Assembly (NCBI GenBank): GCA_964556875.1
Contig: CAZKYD010000003.1
Location: forward strand, 1-39,874
Length of the DNA: 39,874 nucleotides
From: an uncultured Alistipes sp.
GTDB lineage: Bacteria; Bacteroidota; Bacteroidia; Bacteroidales; Muribaculaceae
Direction of reading: 5' to 3'
In this document: piece after piece, positions 27,577 to 36,588 of the stretch
Numbering within the stretch: the first letter of the stretch is position 1
How the letters are laid out: every line of letters begins with the position of its first letter
Translations under genes and position numbers: made by a program
Notes under the pieces: model-generated
Told to the model about the DNA's origin: nothing
Database searches by the model: none
Seen by the model: the letters and a program-made list of their open reading frames with translations, nothing else

Positions 27577-28882
27577 CATCCTTTTAGCCGTCGCCCTCCT
27601 CGTTTGGGACTATCTCCTATTTGATCGAGCCACCATCCAGATGGATGGCTTCTCCTATTTTCAAGCATGGGATAGAATGAAAACCCTGCATACAGATGTG
27701 CTCCGCACTCCGGTATATGCTACTTTTATAGGGGTTTTAAACGAGCTCTTTGGTCGAAATGGCGCATTATTCATTATCCCCATTCTACAATGGATAGCAT
27801 ATATTGGCGCCTTACAATTACTCTGGCAAATCAATTTTAAGTTGAAAATCCATAAAGCCGCTAATATCGCAATAATCTTTGCGATGTTCCTGTTCCCGGG
27901 CTTCTGGGTATTCAACAATTTCACAATGGCTGAAAGCTTATCGACATCGGCCATCATACTACTCATTTGGCTTACAATAAGATATACAGAAGACAAACGG
28001 GAAACCCACTTGATTCAAGCATGGCTTTTAGTCATCATCCTAACCATGACAAAGCCGATGTTTATTCTCTTAATCCCCGTATTAGTTGTCTTCTGCATAA
28101 TTGTTTGTTGGAAAAACAAAGTTCATCTTAAAATATCAGCCTGGCTACTAACGCTATCATGCTCAGTTTTAGGCGCATACACCTATTGCATGAAACATAC
28201 CTATACGATGCCCGTGTTAACCCTTGCATCTGTATGGAACGAATATGTAGGTTTCCGTTATGAAAATCTGCTACGCCCTGAAGATATTGACGATCCTGAA
28301 TTGCGAGCTATTTTTGAGCCTTACTATCAAGCATATCCTTGCGGGCTGCATGCCAAAGAATATTGGCAAGAAATGCAATGGGGTATGAACTATACAGAAT
28401 TATATACTCTTGCCAACCTGCCTTGGGAAAAACATCCGCAAGAAACTCGCATGGCTATCCTTAAGCGTTTCCCAGTCGAAGCAAATACAAGCCATTTTCA
28501 TAGCCTTTATAATACCTTCAATATCGATCCTACTATATCGCCGCAATTTATCGGATGGAATGGCATGACAAAAAATGACAAAGACGGATATATCATGCCA
28601 CTACACGCCTATCTATGGTATCCCATTTGGGTAGGTTGGGCTATAACGTTAGCATTCTCTGCGGTTTGGATTACACGGTGGATTCGTCGACGCAAATTTC
28701 CTCCATTAGCATATTTTATAGCAGCCACTATGGTTACGGCATATATCACCGTTACGATTGGTGCACAAGATGATTGGGGACGTATTTTAACCCCGTTCAA
28801 TCCGCTTGTACCGATTATGGCAGGCTCTTTAATATCCATTTTCGCTCATCGAATTAAGTTGCTCTATGAACGCCGAAAATAG
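27551..28882 (+). CDS. Polytopic membrane protein, GT-C-like glycosyltransferase candidate (paralogue 1; in-frame upstream ATG at 27488)
   Basis: TM1 followed by DGFSYFQAW..RTPVY..F, then AESLS, TKP, a large soluble loop and C-terminal WGRILTP. The pattern resembles ArnT/PMT-type GT-C proteins; the function is inferred. Confidence 0.6.
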   Translation: MPFWLTITTILLAVALLVWDYLLFDRATIQMDGFSYFQAWDRMKTLHTDVLRTPVYATFIGVLNELFGRNGALFIIPILQWIAYIGALQLLWQINFKLKIHKAANIAIIFAMFLFPGFWVFNNFTMAESLSTSAIILLIWLTIRYTEDKRETHLIQAWLLVIILTMTKPMFILLIPVLVVFCIIVCWKNKVHLKISAWLLTLSCSVLGAYTYCMKHTYTMPVLTLASVWNEYVGFRYENLLRPEDIDDPELRAIFEPYYQAYPCGLHAKEYWQEMQWGMNYTELYTLANLPWEKHPQETRMAILKRFPVEANTSHFHSLYNTFNIDPTISPQFIGWNGMTKNDKDGYIMPLHAYLWYPIWVGWAITLAFSAVWITRWIRRRKFPPLAYFIAATMVTAYITVTIGAQDDWGRILTPFNPLVPIMAGSLISIFAHRIKLLYERRK

Positions 28883-28909
28883 AATGCCTTTTTGGCTAAC
28901 AATCACCAC
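28881..28909 (+). repeat. 29-bp perfect direct repeat, copy 2
   Basis: Identical to 27548-27576. It starts within the TAG of paralogue 1 and contains the ATG at 28884. Confidence 0.92.
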
Positions 28910-30224
28910 TGTACTGCTGGGTGTGTGCTTTTGTGGATGGCAGTTAGCACTTTATGGCGCCGGCAGCGAAGCCTCTGACGGTTACACTTATTTTCAAGCA
29001 TGGAATGTCATCAAGACTTTCCATACCGACTATTTGCGGCCACCGGTCTACGTTGTTTTCGTAGGCATTCTCGACGAACTTTTCGGTAGACAAGGGTGCC
29101 TAATAATCATTTCGATTGTTCAATGGGCTATCTATATAGCGTCACTACAACTGGTTTGGCAGATTAACCGCTGGATAGGAGTTACTCCCCGAGCTAACAT
29201 TATAGCTATTTTAGCCTATTTACTCATACCCGGCTTTTGGGTAACCAACAACTTCGCAATGGCGGAATCCTTATCCGGGAGCATGATTATCCTACTGGTA
29301 TGGCTCTCCGGGCGCTATCTCCAAACACATCACAAACGCCCATTGATTCTCTCCGGCATTTTATTGGCAACGCTCATTATGACGAAACCGATGTTCGTGA
29401 TGTTACTGCCGGTAATGGCTCTATTTTGGGCTATAGTGTGCTTCCGAACCAAACGTCACCTCAAAATAGCCGGAGCCTTAATGCTCGCCAATCTTGCGCT
29501 TACCGGAGGATACATGTGGTGTATGAACCATACTTACTGCATCCCGAAATTATCTGTTTCAACCTTATGGAACGATTATTACTCCCTACGCGCTGAAGGG
29601 CTGATTACCCCTGATGATTTCAGCAATCCGGAGCAGAAGCGCATGTTTAAAGCTGCCTATGACAGAAGGCCCAGTGGTTGGCCAAAGACACAACCTTATT
29701 GGCAAGAAACATGGAACTTAAATTGGCAGCAACTCAATGAGCTAATCAATAACGTCAAAGAAAAGCACTCCGATAAATTGCTGCCGGCAGCCGGACATCG
29801 TCTGGTCCGATCGCTCAGCTGTAGCCAATTTTATAATCCTGATGAAGATCTCGGAATTAGCCCCGAATTTGATGCACAATATTTCGGTTGGAATGGCATT
29901 TCGAAAAATAAAGAAGGGGGATTCATTTATCCATTATACCATTTAACGATTGTGCCAATCTTATTTGGCATGATACTCCTTATGATATTCTCCGCAGTAT
30001 GGCTACGTCGGTGGAGACGCACAAAGAGCTTTCCGGCGCTGCAAGCTCTCCTCGCCGTAATCCTCTTTACGGCTTATGTTACCGCAATTGTCGGTTCGCC
30101 CGACATTTGGGGACGCATCATGACCCCCACCAACACCCTCTTCCCCATTATCGCCGCCTCACTCCTTACTTGCGGTATTAATGTTAAAAAAGCATTAAGC
30201 AAACAAGGGTTGAGTAGGGTTTGA
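28884..30224 (+). CDS. Polytopic membrane protein, GT-C-like glycosyltransferase candidate (paralogue 2; alternative ATG at 28866)
   Basis: Colinear with paralogue 1: DGYTYFQAW, RPPVY, PGFWVTNNFAMAESLS, MTKPMF, YWQE, GWNG and WGRIMTP. Confidence 0.6.
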   Translation: MPFWLTITTVLLGVCFCGWQLALYGAGSEASDGYTYFQAWNVIKTFHTDYLRPPVYVVFVGILDELFGRQGCLIIISIVQWAIYIASLQLVWQINRWIGVTPRANIIAILAYLLIPGFWVTNNFAMAESLSGSMIILLVWLSGRYLQTHHKRPLILSGILLATLIMTKPMFVMLLPVMALFWAIVCFRTKRHLKIAGALMLANLALTGGYMWCMNHTYCIPKLSVSTLWNDYYSLRAEGLITPDDFSNPEQKRMFKAAYDRRPSGWPKTQPYWQETWNLNWQQLNELINNVKEKHSDKLLPAAGHRLVRSLSCSQFYNPDEDLGISPEFDAQYFGWNGISKNKEGGFIYPLYHLTIVPILFGMILLMIFSAVWLRRWRRTKSFPALQALLAVILFTAYVTAIVGSPDIWGRIMTPTNTLFPIIAASLLTCGINVKKALSKQGLSRV

Positions 30225-30256
30225 TTTGCTTTGTTGAGCAAAGTTGCGTAAATTTG
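30225..30256 (+). promoter_or_regulatory. Promoter of the DUF5683-mltD-serB run
   Basis: TTTG (30225-30228), a 20-bp spacer, then TAAATTTG (30249-30256). Confidence 0.7.
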
Positions 30257-30278
30257 CAAAATAAATAACATTACCGCA

Positions 30279-31145
30279 TTGTACGCAGGAAATCTTACCA
30301 AACGGACTATGTCGGTGGTCGCCATCCTTGCTGTGGTGGTGGCCGCTTTGTTGTTTCCATTCGCCACATCTGCTCAAACAGCCGTCCGACATGGAAACCA
30401 CCATACCCCTACCGAACCCCCCGACTCTATCGCAGCTTCAGCCGTTGCTGCTTCAGATACTATTCAACGCGCCTCAATCAGCGAACTGCTCAAACGTGAG
30501 GAGATCGGCTTTGACGAGCTCGACAACGCCGACGAATTAACCGCCGGCGAGGCTTACGAAGTAGATTCTATTCAGCGCTCGTCGCGCAACGCATCCATCA
30601 TGCGCAAATTGAGCGACATCCCTGAAGAAGAATGGGTGCCTCGCGATGTTGAATTTAATCCCGATCCTAACCGCGCAGTATGGCTGTCTGCCTTATTCCC
30701 CGGGTTAGGTCAGCTTTACAACCGCAGATATTGGAAATTGCCAATCATCATAGGTGGATACCTCGGTTTAGGCTATGCAACCAGTTGGAACAACCAGATG
30801 CTAAAGGATTACACCCGCGCCTACTCCGATTTGCTCGACAACGATCCATCGTCCGACAGCTATATGGACTTCTTCTCGCCGAACGTCAAAGAATCTGACA
30901 TCGACAAGACCTGGTTACAGAACCTGTTGAAATCGCGTAAGAACTATTTCCGCCGTAACCGCGACCTCTGTATCATCAGTATGGTTGGCGTTTACCTTTT
31001 GGCAATGGTGGATGCTTACGTCGATGCCTCTCTTTCACATTTCGACATCTCTCCGCGCCTTTCTATGGATGTCGTACCTGCCGTTATGCAAGACGGCCGA
31101 CAGCCCTATCCCTCTGTAGGCCTCGCTTGGGCCTTGAACTTCTAA
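30279..31145 (+). CDS. DUF5683 domain protein (exported/membrane)
   Basis: Signal peptide, PDPNRAVWLSALFPGLGQLYNRRYWKLPII, RRNRD and VDAYVDASLSHFDIS. This family usually precedes mltD in Bacteroidales. Start is TTG 30279 or ATG 30309. Confidence 0.8.
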   Translation: MYAGNLTKRTMSVVAILAVVVAALLFPFATSAQTAVRHGNHHTPTEPPDSIAASAVAASDTIQRASISELLKREEIGFDELDNADELTAGEAYEVDSIQRSSRNASIMRKLSDIPEEEWVPRDVEFNPDPNRAVWLSALFPGLGQLYNRRYWKLPIIIGGYLGLGYATSWNNQMLKDYTRAYSDLLDNDPSSDSYMDFFSPNVKESDIDKTWLQNLLKSRKNYFRRNRDLCIISMVGVYLLAMVDAYVDASLSHFDISPRLSMDVVPAVMQDGRQPYPSVGLAWALNF

Positions 31146-31159
31146 ACTGCTCACTCCCA

Positions 31160-32980
31160 ATGACGATCTTTAACCGATTTAAATCACTGATTCTTACCGC
31201 AGTTGCCGCCACCGCTGCTACAGCTTCTTTGTCGGCAGCTCCGTCAGTACTAACGTTATCACAATATGCCAACGACTCCACCCTTGTTTTCCCCGAGAGT
31301 TTCGAGACCGATACTCACAAAATGATGGAGAACTGGTACTTGCAAAACTATACCGCTCTTGATACTGACGTAGATCGCAAGCCCGATGCTACGGTTTCCG
31401 ACGACGAAATCATCCAGCGCCTGGCAGCTATCCCTACAACTATCGAACTCCCCTTCAACTCTATCGTCAGAGCATATATCGACGCCTACACCGGCAAGAA
31501 TCGCCGCCTGGTGGAAAATATGCTCGGCATGAGTCTCTATTATATGCCGATTTTCGAGCAAGCTCTCGAACGCGAAAAGCTCCCGATGGAGCTGAAATAT
31601 CTCCCGGTTATCGAATCTGCCCTGAATCCCGACGCCGTATCGCGCTCCGGGGCTACCGGTCTTTGGCAGCTAATGTTACAGACCGCTCGCGGCTACGGAA
31701 TGGAGATAAACACACTCGTCGACGAACGTCGCGACCCCATCTCTTCAACCACAATCGCAGCTAAATATCTGCGTCAACTTTACGACATCTACAACGACTG
31801 GTCGTTGGCCATCGCTGCCTACAACTGCGGTCCCGGCAATATCAACAAAGCGCTCCGCCGTTGCACCGCTGAAAAGAAAGATTTCTGGGCCATCTATCCC
31901 TATCTTCCCAAAGAAACTCGTGGATACGTGCCCTGCTTTATCGCTGCAACCTATGTAATGAACTATTACAAGCAGCACAATATCTCCCCCGCACTTGCCA
32001 AAAAACCGATTCTTACCGACTCGGTTCACGTTAGCCGTCGCGTTTACTTCCAGCAGATTTCCGATGTGCTCCACGTCCCGGTTGAAGAGCTGAAGGTGCT
32101 TAACCCGCAGTATCGCGAGGATTGCATCCCCGGCGACCTCCGCCCCTACTCACTCGTGCTCCCCGCTAATCAGGTGTATTCCTACATCATGAGTGAGGAT
32201 GCCATCTGCGCCGACAATGCCGACCTCTATGCACGCCGACTGACCGTTGAGCCCTCAACCGGCGAAGTCGAAGGCGCTGACTCTCAGGCCGATGCTCAGC
32301 AAGGCGAATGGGTAACCACCGAAAAAGTTAAGTATCATAAGGTTCGCAAGGGTGAGACCCTGCAGACTATTGCCAACAAATATGGCGTATCACTCTGGAG
32401 TGTAAAACACGCTAACGGCAACATCAAGACTGCCCGTCGAGGTCAAACCTTGAAGATTGTCACAACCGAAAAGACCTTCAAGCCTACCCCAACCACCCCC
32501 GACAACACCCAGGTAGCAAAAGAGGAATCCGTTGTTGAAACCGAACAGCAGCTTGCCGCTAACGACACCGCCGCTCCTGAAGCAGCCCCCGAGCAATCGT
32601 CATCGTCAAAAGCCGTTGAATCAGCCTTCGCAAAGAAATCTGCTGCCAAAGCCGACGTAGCCGCTACCGACGCCAAAGCTGACTCTGTAAAAGAATCCTC
32701 AGCAAAAGCTGCAAAAGCCGAGACTACAACTGCATCTTCTAAGAAAGCCGAAGCAACCTCTTCGAAGTCAACTACCGAAAAGAGCTCAACCTCGTCTTCA
32801 AAGAAGAACAGCAAAAAAGATAAAAAGCAGTCATCAAAAACCGTTACCGCTAAGAACGGCGACTCTCTCGCTCGCATCGCTAAGAAGAACGGCACAACCG
32901 TTGCCGAGCTGAAGAAGTTGAACAATCTTTCAGGTAGCAACCCGACCATCCAGCCGGGTCAGAAAATCCGCGTAAAATAA
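31160..32980 (+). CDS. mltD: Lytic murein transglycosylase MltD-like (SLT domain plus LysM domains)
   Basis: IESAL, GATGLWQ, DERRD, AAYNCG and ETRGYV. LysM repeats HKVRKGETL and VTAKNGDSL..IQPGQKIRVK. Confidence 0.9.
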   Translation: MTIFNRFKSLILTAVAATAATASLSAAPSVLTLSQYANDSTLVFPESFETDTHKMMENWYLQNYTALDTDVDRKPDATVSDDEIIQRLAAIPTTIELPFNSIVRAYIDAYTGKNRRLVENMLGMSLYYMPIFEQALEREKLPMELKYLPVIESALNPDAVSRSGATGLWQLMLQTARGYGMEINTLVDERRDPISSTTIAAKYLRQLYDIYNDWSLAIAAYNCGPGNINKALRRCTAEKKDFWAIYPYLPKETRGYVPCFIAATYVMNYYKQHNISPALAKKPILTDSVHVSRRVYFQQISDVLHVPVEELKVLNPQYREDCIPGDLRPYSLVLPANQVYSYIMSEDAICADNADLYARRLTVEPSTGEVEGADSQADAQQGEWVTTEKVKYHKVRKGETLQTIANKYGVSLWSVKHANGNIKTARRGQTLKIVTTEKTFKPTPTTPDNTQVAKEESVVETEQQLAANDTAAPEAAPEQSSSSKAVESAFAKKSAAKADVAATDAKADSVKESSAKAAKAETTTASSKKAEATSSKSTTEKSSTSSSKKNSKKDKKQSSKTVTAKNGDSLARIAKKNGTTVAELKKLNNLSGSNPTIQPGQKIRVK

Positions 32981-33009
32981 TTTCTCGCGTTATATAAATC
33001 TACATCATC

Positions 33010-34242
33010 GTGAACAACGATACCGAACTGATTTTAATCAACATCTCGGGTCACGACAAGCCGGGCGTTACCGCTACGTTGACCTCTATTTTAGCCAAAT
33101 ACGATGCGATGGTGCTCGACATCGGTCAGGCTGACATCCATCACTCGCTCTCTCTTGGTATTCTCTTCAAGACTACCGCTGCCGATTCCGGCAACATTAT
33201 GAAGGACCTGCTCTTCAAATCCTACGAAATGGGCGTAAAAATCCGTTTTACCCCTATCTCAATTGAGGAGTATGAACAATGGGTTAGTCGTCAAGGGAAA
33301 AACCGCTGGATTATAACACTTCTCGGTCGCCAACTGACCGCCAACCATATTGCCCTCGTCTCGGAGGTTATCGCCGAACAGGAACTCAACATCGATGCCA
33401 TTCAACGTCTTACCGGACGTCAACCCCTAACCGAAGGGGCTGTGCCGGCTACAAAGGCTTGCATCGAATTCTCCGTACGCGGCACACCGCTTAACCTCTT
33501 ACAGATGCAGAGCCGCTTTATCGAAATATCCTCGCGCGAGGGTTTCGATATCTCCATGCAGGAGGACACAATGTATCGTCGTTGCCGCCGCCTGATATGC
33601 TTCGATATGGATTCTACATTAATCCAGACCGAATGTATCGACCAGCTGGCTGAAAAGGCCGGTGTCGGCGACAAGGTACGCGCTATCACCGAACGCGCCA
33701 TGCGTGGCGAAATCGACTTCCGCGAAAGCTTCACGGAGCGCGTTGCCCTGCTGAAAGGATTAGATATCAGCGTAATGCAGGAAATTGCCGAATCTCTCCC
33801 GATTACCGAGGGGGTAGATCGCATGATGCAGGTGCTGAAACGTGCCGGATTTAAGACGGCAATCCTCTCCGGTGGGTTCACCTTCTTCGGCGACTATCTA
33901 AAACGTCGCTTCGGCTTCGACTATGTATATGCTAACGAACTTGAAGTGGAGAACGGCAAACTTACCGGCAAATATGTCGGCGAAGTTGTCGACGGCAAGC
34001 GTAAAGCCGAACTGTTGCGCCTGATTGCACAGGTGGAGAACGTCAACATCGCCCAAACTATCGCCGTTGGTGATGGGGCTAACGACCTTCCGATGCTATC
34101 GGCTGCCGGCCTCGGCATCGCCTTCCACGCAAAACCGAAAGTGAAGGAGAGCGCTAAGCAGTCAATCTCGACTATCGGTATTGACGGTGTGCTTTATTTC
34201 CTCGGCTTCAAGGACTCATATATCGCCGACCCCACAAAATAA
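33010..34242 (+). CDS. serB: Phosphoserine phosphatase with two N-terminal ACT domains
   Basis: GHDKPG ACT motif, HAD motif FDMDSTL, LSGGF and GDGAND. Confidence 0.95.
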   Translation: MNNDTELILINISGHDKPGVTATLTSILAKYDAMVLDIGQADIHHSLSLGILFKTTAADSGNIMKDLLFKSYEMGVKIRFTPISIEEYEQWVSRQGKNRWIITLLGRQLTANHIALVSEVIAEQELNIDAIQRLTGRQPLTEGAVPATKACIEFSVRGTPLNLLQMQSRFIEISSREGFDISMQEDTMYRRCRRLICFDMDSTLIQTECIDQLAEKAGVGDKVRAITERAMRGEIDFRESFTERVALLKGLDISVMQEIAESLPITEGVDRMMQVLKRAGFKTAILSGGFTFFGDYLKRRFGFDYVYANELEVENGKLTGKYVGEVVDGKRKAELLRLIAQVENVNIAQTIAVGDGANDLPMLSAAGLGIAFHAKPKVKESAKQSISTIGIDGVLYFLGFKDSYIADPTK

Positions 34243-34301
34243 TCGGCTTCGGCGCTACATACTACCACTATAAACACATATCAACCAACCCACGACCGGT
34301 T

Positions 34302-35630
34302 ATGCCAACTGCAATTTACCATACTTTCGGCTGCAAGCTGAACTTCGCAGAGACTTCCGCTGTTGCCTCCCGAATGGAGCACCGCGGCATCCGACGTGCG
34401 CTCAAAGGGGAATCCCCCGACCTTATCTTTGTCAATACTTGCTCCGTAACCGAACTGGCCGACAAAAAATGCCGCCAGACTATCCGTTCCTACAACCGCC
34501 GTTACCCCAATGCGGCGATTATCGTGACCGGATGTTACGCACAGCTAAAAAGCGAGGAGGCCTCGAAATTGCCCGGAGTGGCTATCGTTGCCGGAAATGA
34601 TAAAAAGGGAGAAATTGAAACTTTCCTCGATAATTTCCTGGCATCGCATCAAGCCCAACTCGAGGTAATCCCGGCAAAAGAGATTCGCAGTTTTACCCCC
34701 TCATGCTCGCGCGGCGACCGCACCCGCTATTTCCTGAAAATTCAGGACGGCTGCGACTGCTGGTGTAGCTATTGCGCTATCCCGGCTGCCCGCGGACGTA
34801 GCCGTTCCGGCACAATCGCTCAGATGGTAGAGCAAGCCGAAAAGGTGGTTGCCGAAGGGGGCAAAGAGATTGTAATCACGGGGGTGAACATCGGCGACTT
34901 CGGGAAACGTCAGCCCGACCTCCCCGACGGTGCTCCTCGCGAAGATTTCCTTGGCCTGGTGAAGGCGCTCGATAAAGTTGAAGGTATCGAACGATATCGC
35001 ATCTCCTCAATTGAGCCCGATCTGCTGACCGACGAAATTATCGAATACTGTGCAACTTCAAGGGCTTTTATGCCCCACTTCCATATTCCGCTGCAATGCG
35101 GCTCTGACGAAGTGTTGCGTCTGATGCGACGTCGCTACGACACGGCGCTCTTCCGCGACAAAATCATGCGTATCAAAGAGCTTATCCCTCATGCCTTCAT
35201 CGGTATCGACCTGATTGCCGGTATGCGTGGAGAGACTCTCGAGGAGTTCCATCGCTCACGCGACTTCATCGAGTCCCTGCCGATTACGCGCCTCCACATT
35301 TTCCCCTACTCCGAGCGCCCCGGCACGAGGGCCCTGGATATCCCTATCGTTGTGGAGCAAGCTGAAAAGCATCGCCGCGTTGAGGAGATGATTGAAATTT
35401 CCAACCGTAAGCTCCGCGAATTTGCCGAAGGTTTTATCGGCCAAACGCGCCCGGTGTTGATGGAACATTCTCGCCCCGGCCAACCTATGGCAGGCTTTAC
35501 CGACAACTACCTAAAGGTGCGTGTCCCGGATGCAACCCCCGACCTCGACAACCGTATCGTCAATGTGTCGCTCGATGAGATTGTGACACTCCCCAACAAT
35601 GAAGTTGAATTTATCGGTTCACTGAAATAA
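34302..35630 (+). CDS. mtaB: tRNA t6A37 methylthiotransferase (radical SAM)
   Basis: TFGCKLNFAE, NTCSVT, TGCYAQ, KIQDGC..CSYC.IP.ARG, RISSIEP, HFHIPLQ and YSERPGT. Confidence 0.92.
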   Translation: MPTAIYHTFGCKLNFAETSAVASRMEHRGIRRALKGESPDLIFVNTCSVTELADKKCRQTIRSYNRRYPNAAIIVTGCYAQLKSEEASKLPGVAIVAGNDKKGEIETFLDNFLASHQAQLEVIPAKEIRSFTPSCSRGDRTRYFLKIQDGCDCWCSYCAIPAARGRSRSGTIAQMVEQAEKVVAEGGKEIVITGVNIGDFGKRQPDLPDGAPREDFLGLVKALDKVEGIERYRISSIEPDLLTDEIIEYCATSRAFMPHFHIPLQCGSDEVLRLMRRRYDTALFRDKIMRIKELIPHAFIGIDLIAGMRGETLEEFHRSRDFIESLPITRLHIFPYSERPGTRALDIPIVVEQAEKHRRVEEMIEISNRKLREFAEGFIGQTRPVLMEHSRPGQPMAGFTDNYLKVRVPDATPDLDNRIVNVSLDEIVTLPNNEVEFIGSLK

Positions 35631-35655
35631 GCAATTCGCTAAATATCCCGACTCT

Positions 35656-36579
35656 GTGAAAAAGGAGAATCTGAAATATCTGCCCCTTAACCTGATGGTT
35701 CACGCTTTAGCGTGGATGCCTTTTTGGGTGCTATATGGTCTGGCTGATATTTGTTTCGTTATCCTCTATTACATAGTTGGTTATCGCAAGAAGGTTGTGC
35801 GCCGCAATCTCGCCGAATCGTTTCCGGAAAAGAGCGAAGAGGAGCGCCGCATTATCGAGCGCAAATTTTTCCGCCATTTTGCCGACTACGTTGTAGAGAC
35901 TATCAAGCTGCTTCATGTCAGCGATGAAGCTATGAAGCGCCGCATGACATTCTCCAATGTCGATGTCATCGACGATGCCGTCAAAAACGGCCAATCGGTA
36001 GTCTGCTACTTCGCCCACATCGGCAACTGGGAGTGGGCCCCGTCAGTAACGCTCTGCAGCCGTTTCATTCCGGATAAAGATGCCGCTTTCTGCCAGATTT
36101 ATCGTCCGCTGCGCAATCAATGGTTCGATGCTTTTATGCTCCGTCTGCGTAGCCGTTTCGGCTCTCAATCCCTGCCGAAACGACGTGCTTTCCTCGACCT
36201 GTTGCGCTATCGCAAGGCCGGCATGCCGACCATCACCGGATTTATGAGCGACCAAAAGCCCAGCCATGGTGACGCTCTCCATATCCTGAATTTCCTGAAC
36301 CACCCCACGGCGATGATCACCGGCACCGAAACCGTTTGCAAGCGTCTCAACGCCGTTCCGGTCTATTGGCACATGACGAAACCTTCGCGTGGCCATTACC
36401 ATATCGAGGTTGTCGATATGCGAAACGCAGCCAAAACCAATAGCGCCTACCCCCTGACCGACCTCTACGCCCAACTGCTGGAGAAAAATATCCGTCAGCA
36501 ACCAGAGCTTTGGCTCTGGAGTCATAAGCGTTGGAAAATCGCCGTTGATTTCTCAATGGAAGGGACAACTTATAAATAA
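35656..36579 (+). CDS. lpxL: Lipid A late acyltransferase (LpxL/HtrB family)
   Basis: N-terminal TM, YRKKVVRRNL..SFPE, HIGNWE, DQ.P and WLWSHKRWK. Confidence 0.85.
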   Translation: MKKENLKYLPLNLMVHALAWMPFWVLYGLADICFVILYYIVGYRKKVVRRNLAESFPEKSEEERRIIERKFFRHFADYVVETIKLLHVSDEAMKRRMTFSNVDVIDDAVKNGQSVVCYFAHIGNWEWAPSVTLCSRFIPDKDAAFCQIYRPLRNQWFDAFMLRLRSRFGSQSLPKRRAFLDLLRYRKAGMPTITGFMSDQKPSHGDALHILNFLNHPTAMITGTETVCKRLNAVPVYWHMTKPSRGHYHIEVVDMRNAAKTNSAYPLTDLYAQLLEKNIRQQPELWLWSHKRWKIAVDFSMEGTTYK

Positions 36580-36588
36580 TCTACATCT

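Noticed and set aside
27548-28909. 29-bp repeat as a CRISPR repeat
   Set aside because: Only two copies, 1.3 kb apart, both within coding sequence, with no cas genes.
27450-30280. Integrative element at the guaA 3' end
   Set aside because: No integrase, and no duplicate of the guaA 3' end (attR) is visible downstream.
32443-32949. 168-aa minus-strand ORF
   Set aside because: Antisense shadow of the low-complexity MltD linker.
32997-36587. Shared 10-mer aatctacatc just before the serB and GT2 start codons
   Set aside because: Short and consistent with generic A/C-rich Bacteroidetes translation-initiation regions; two copies are not enough evidence.
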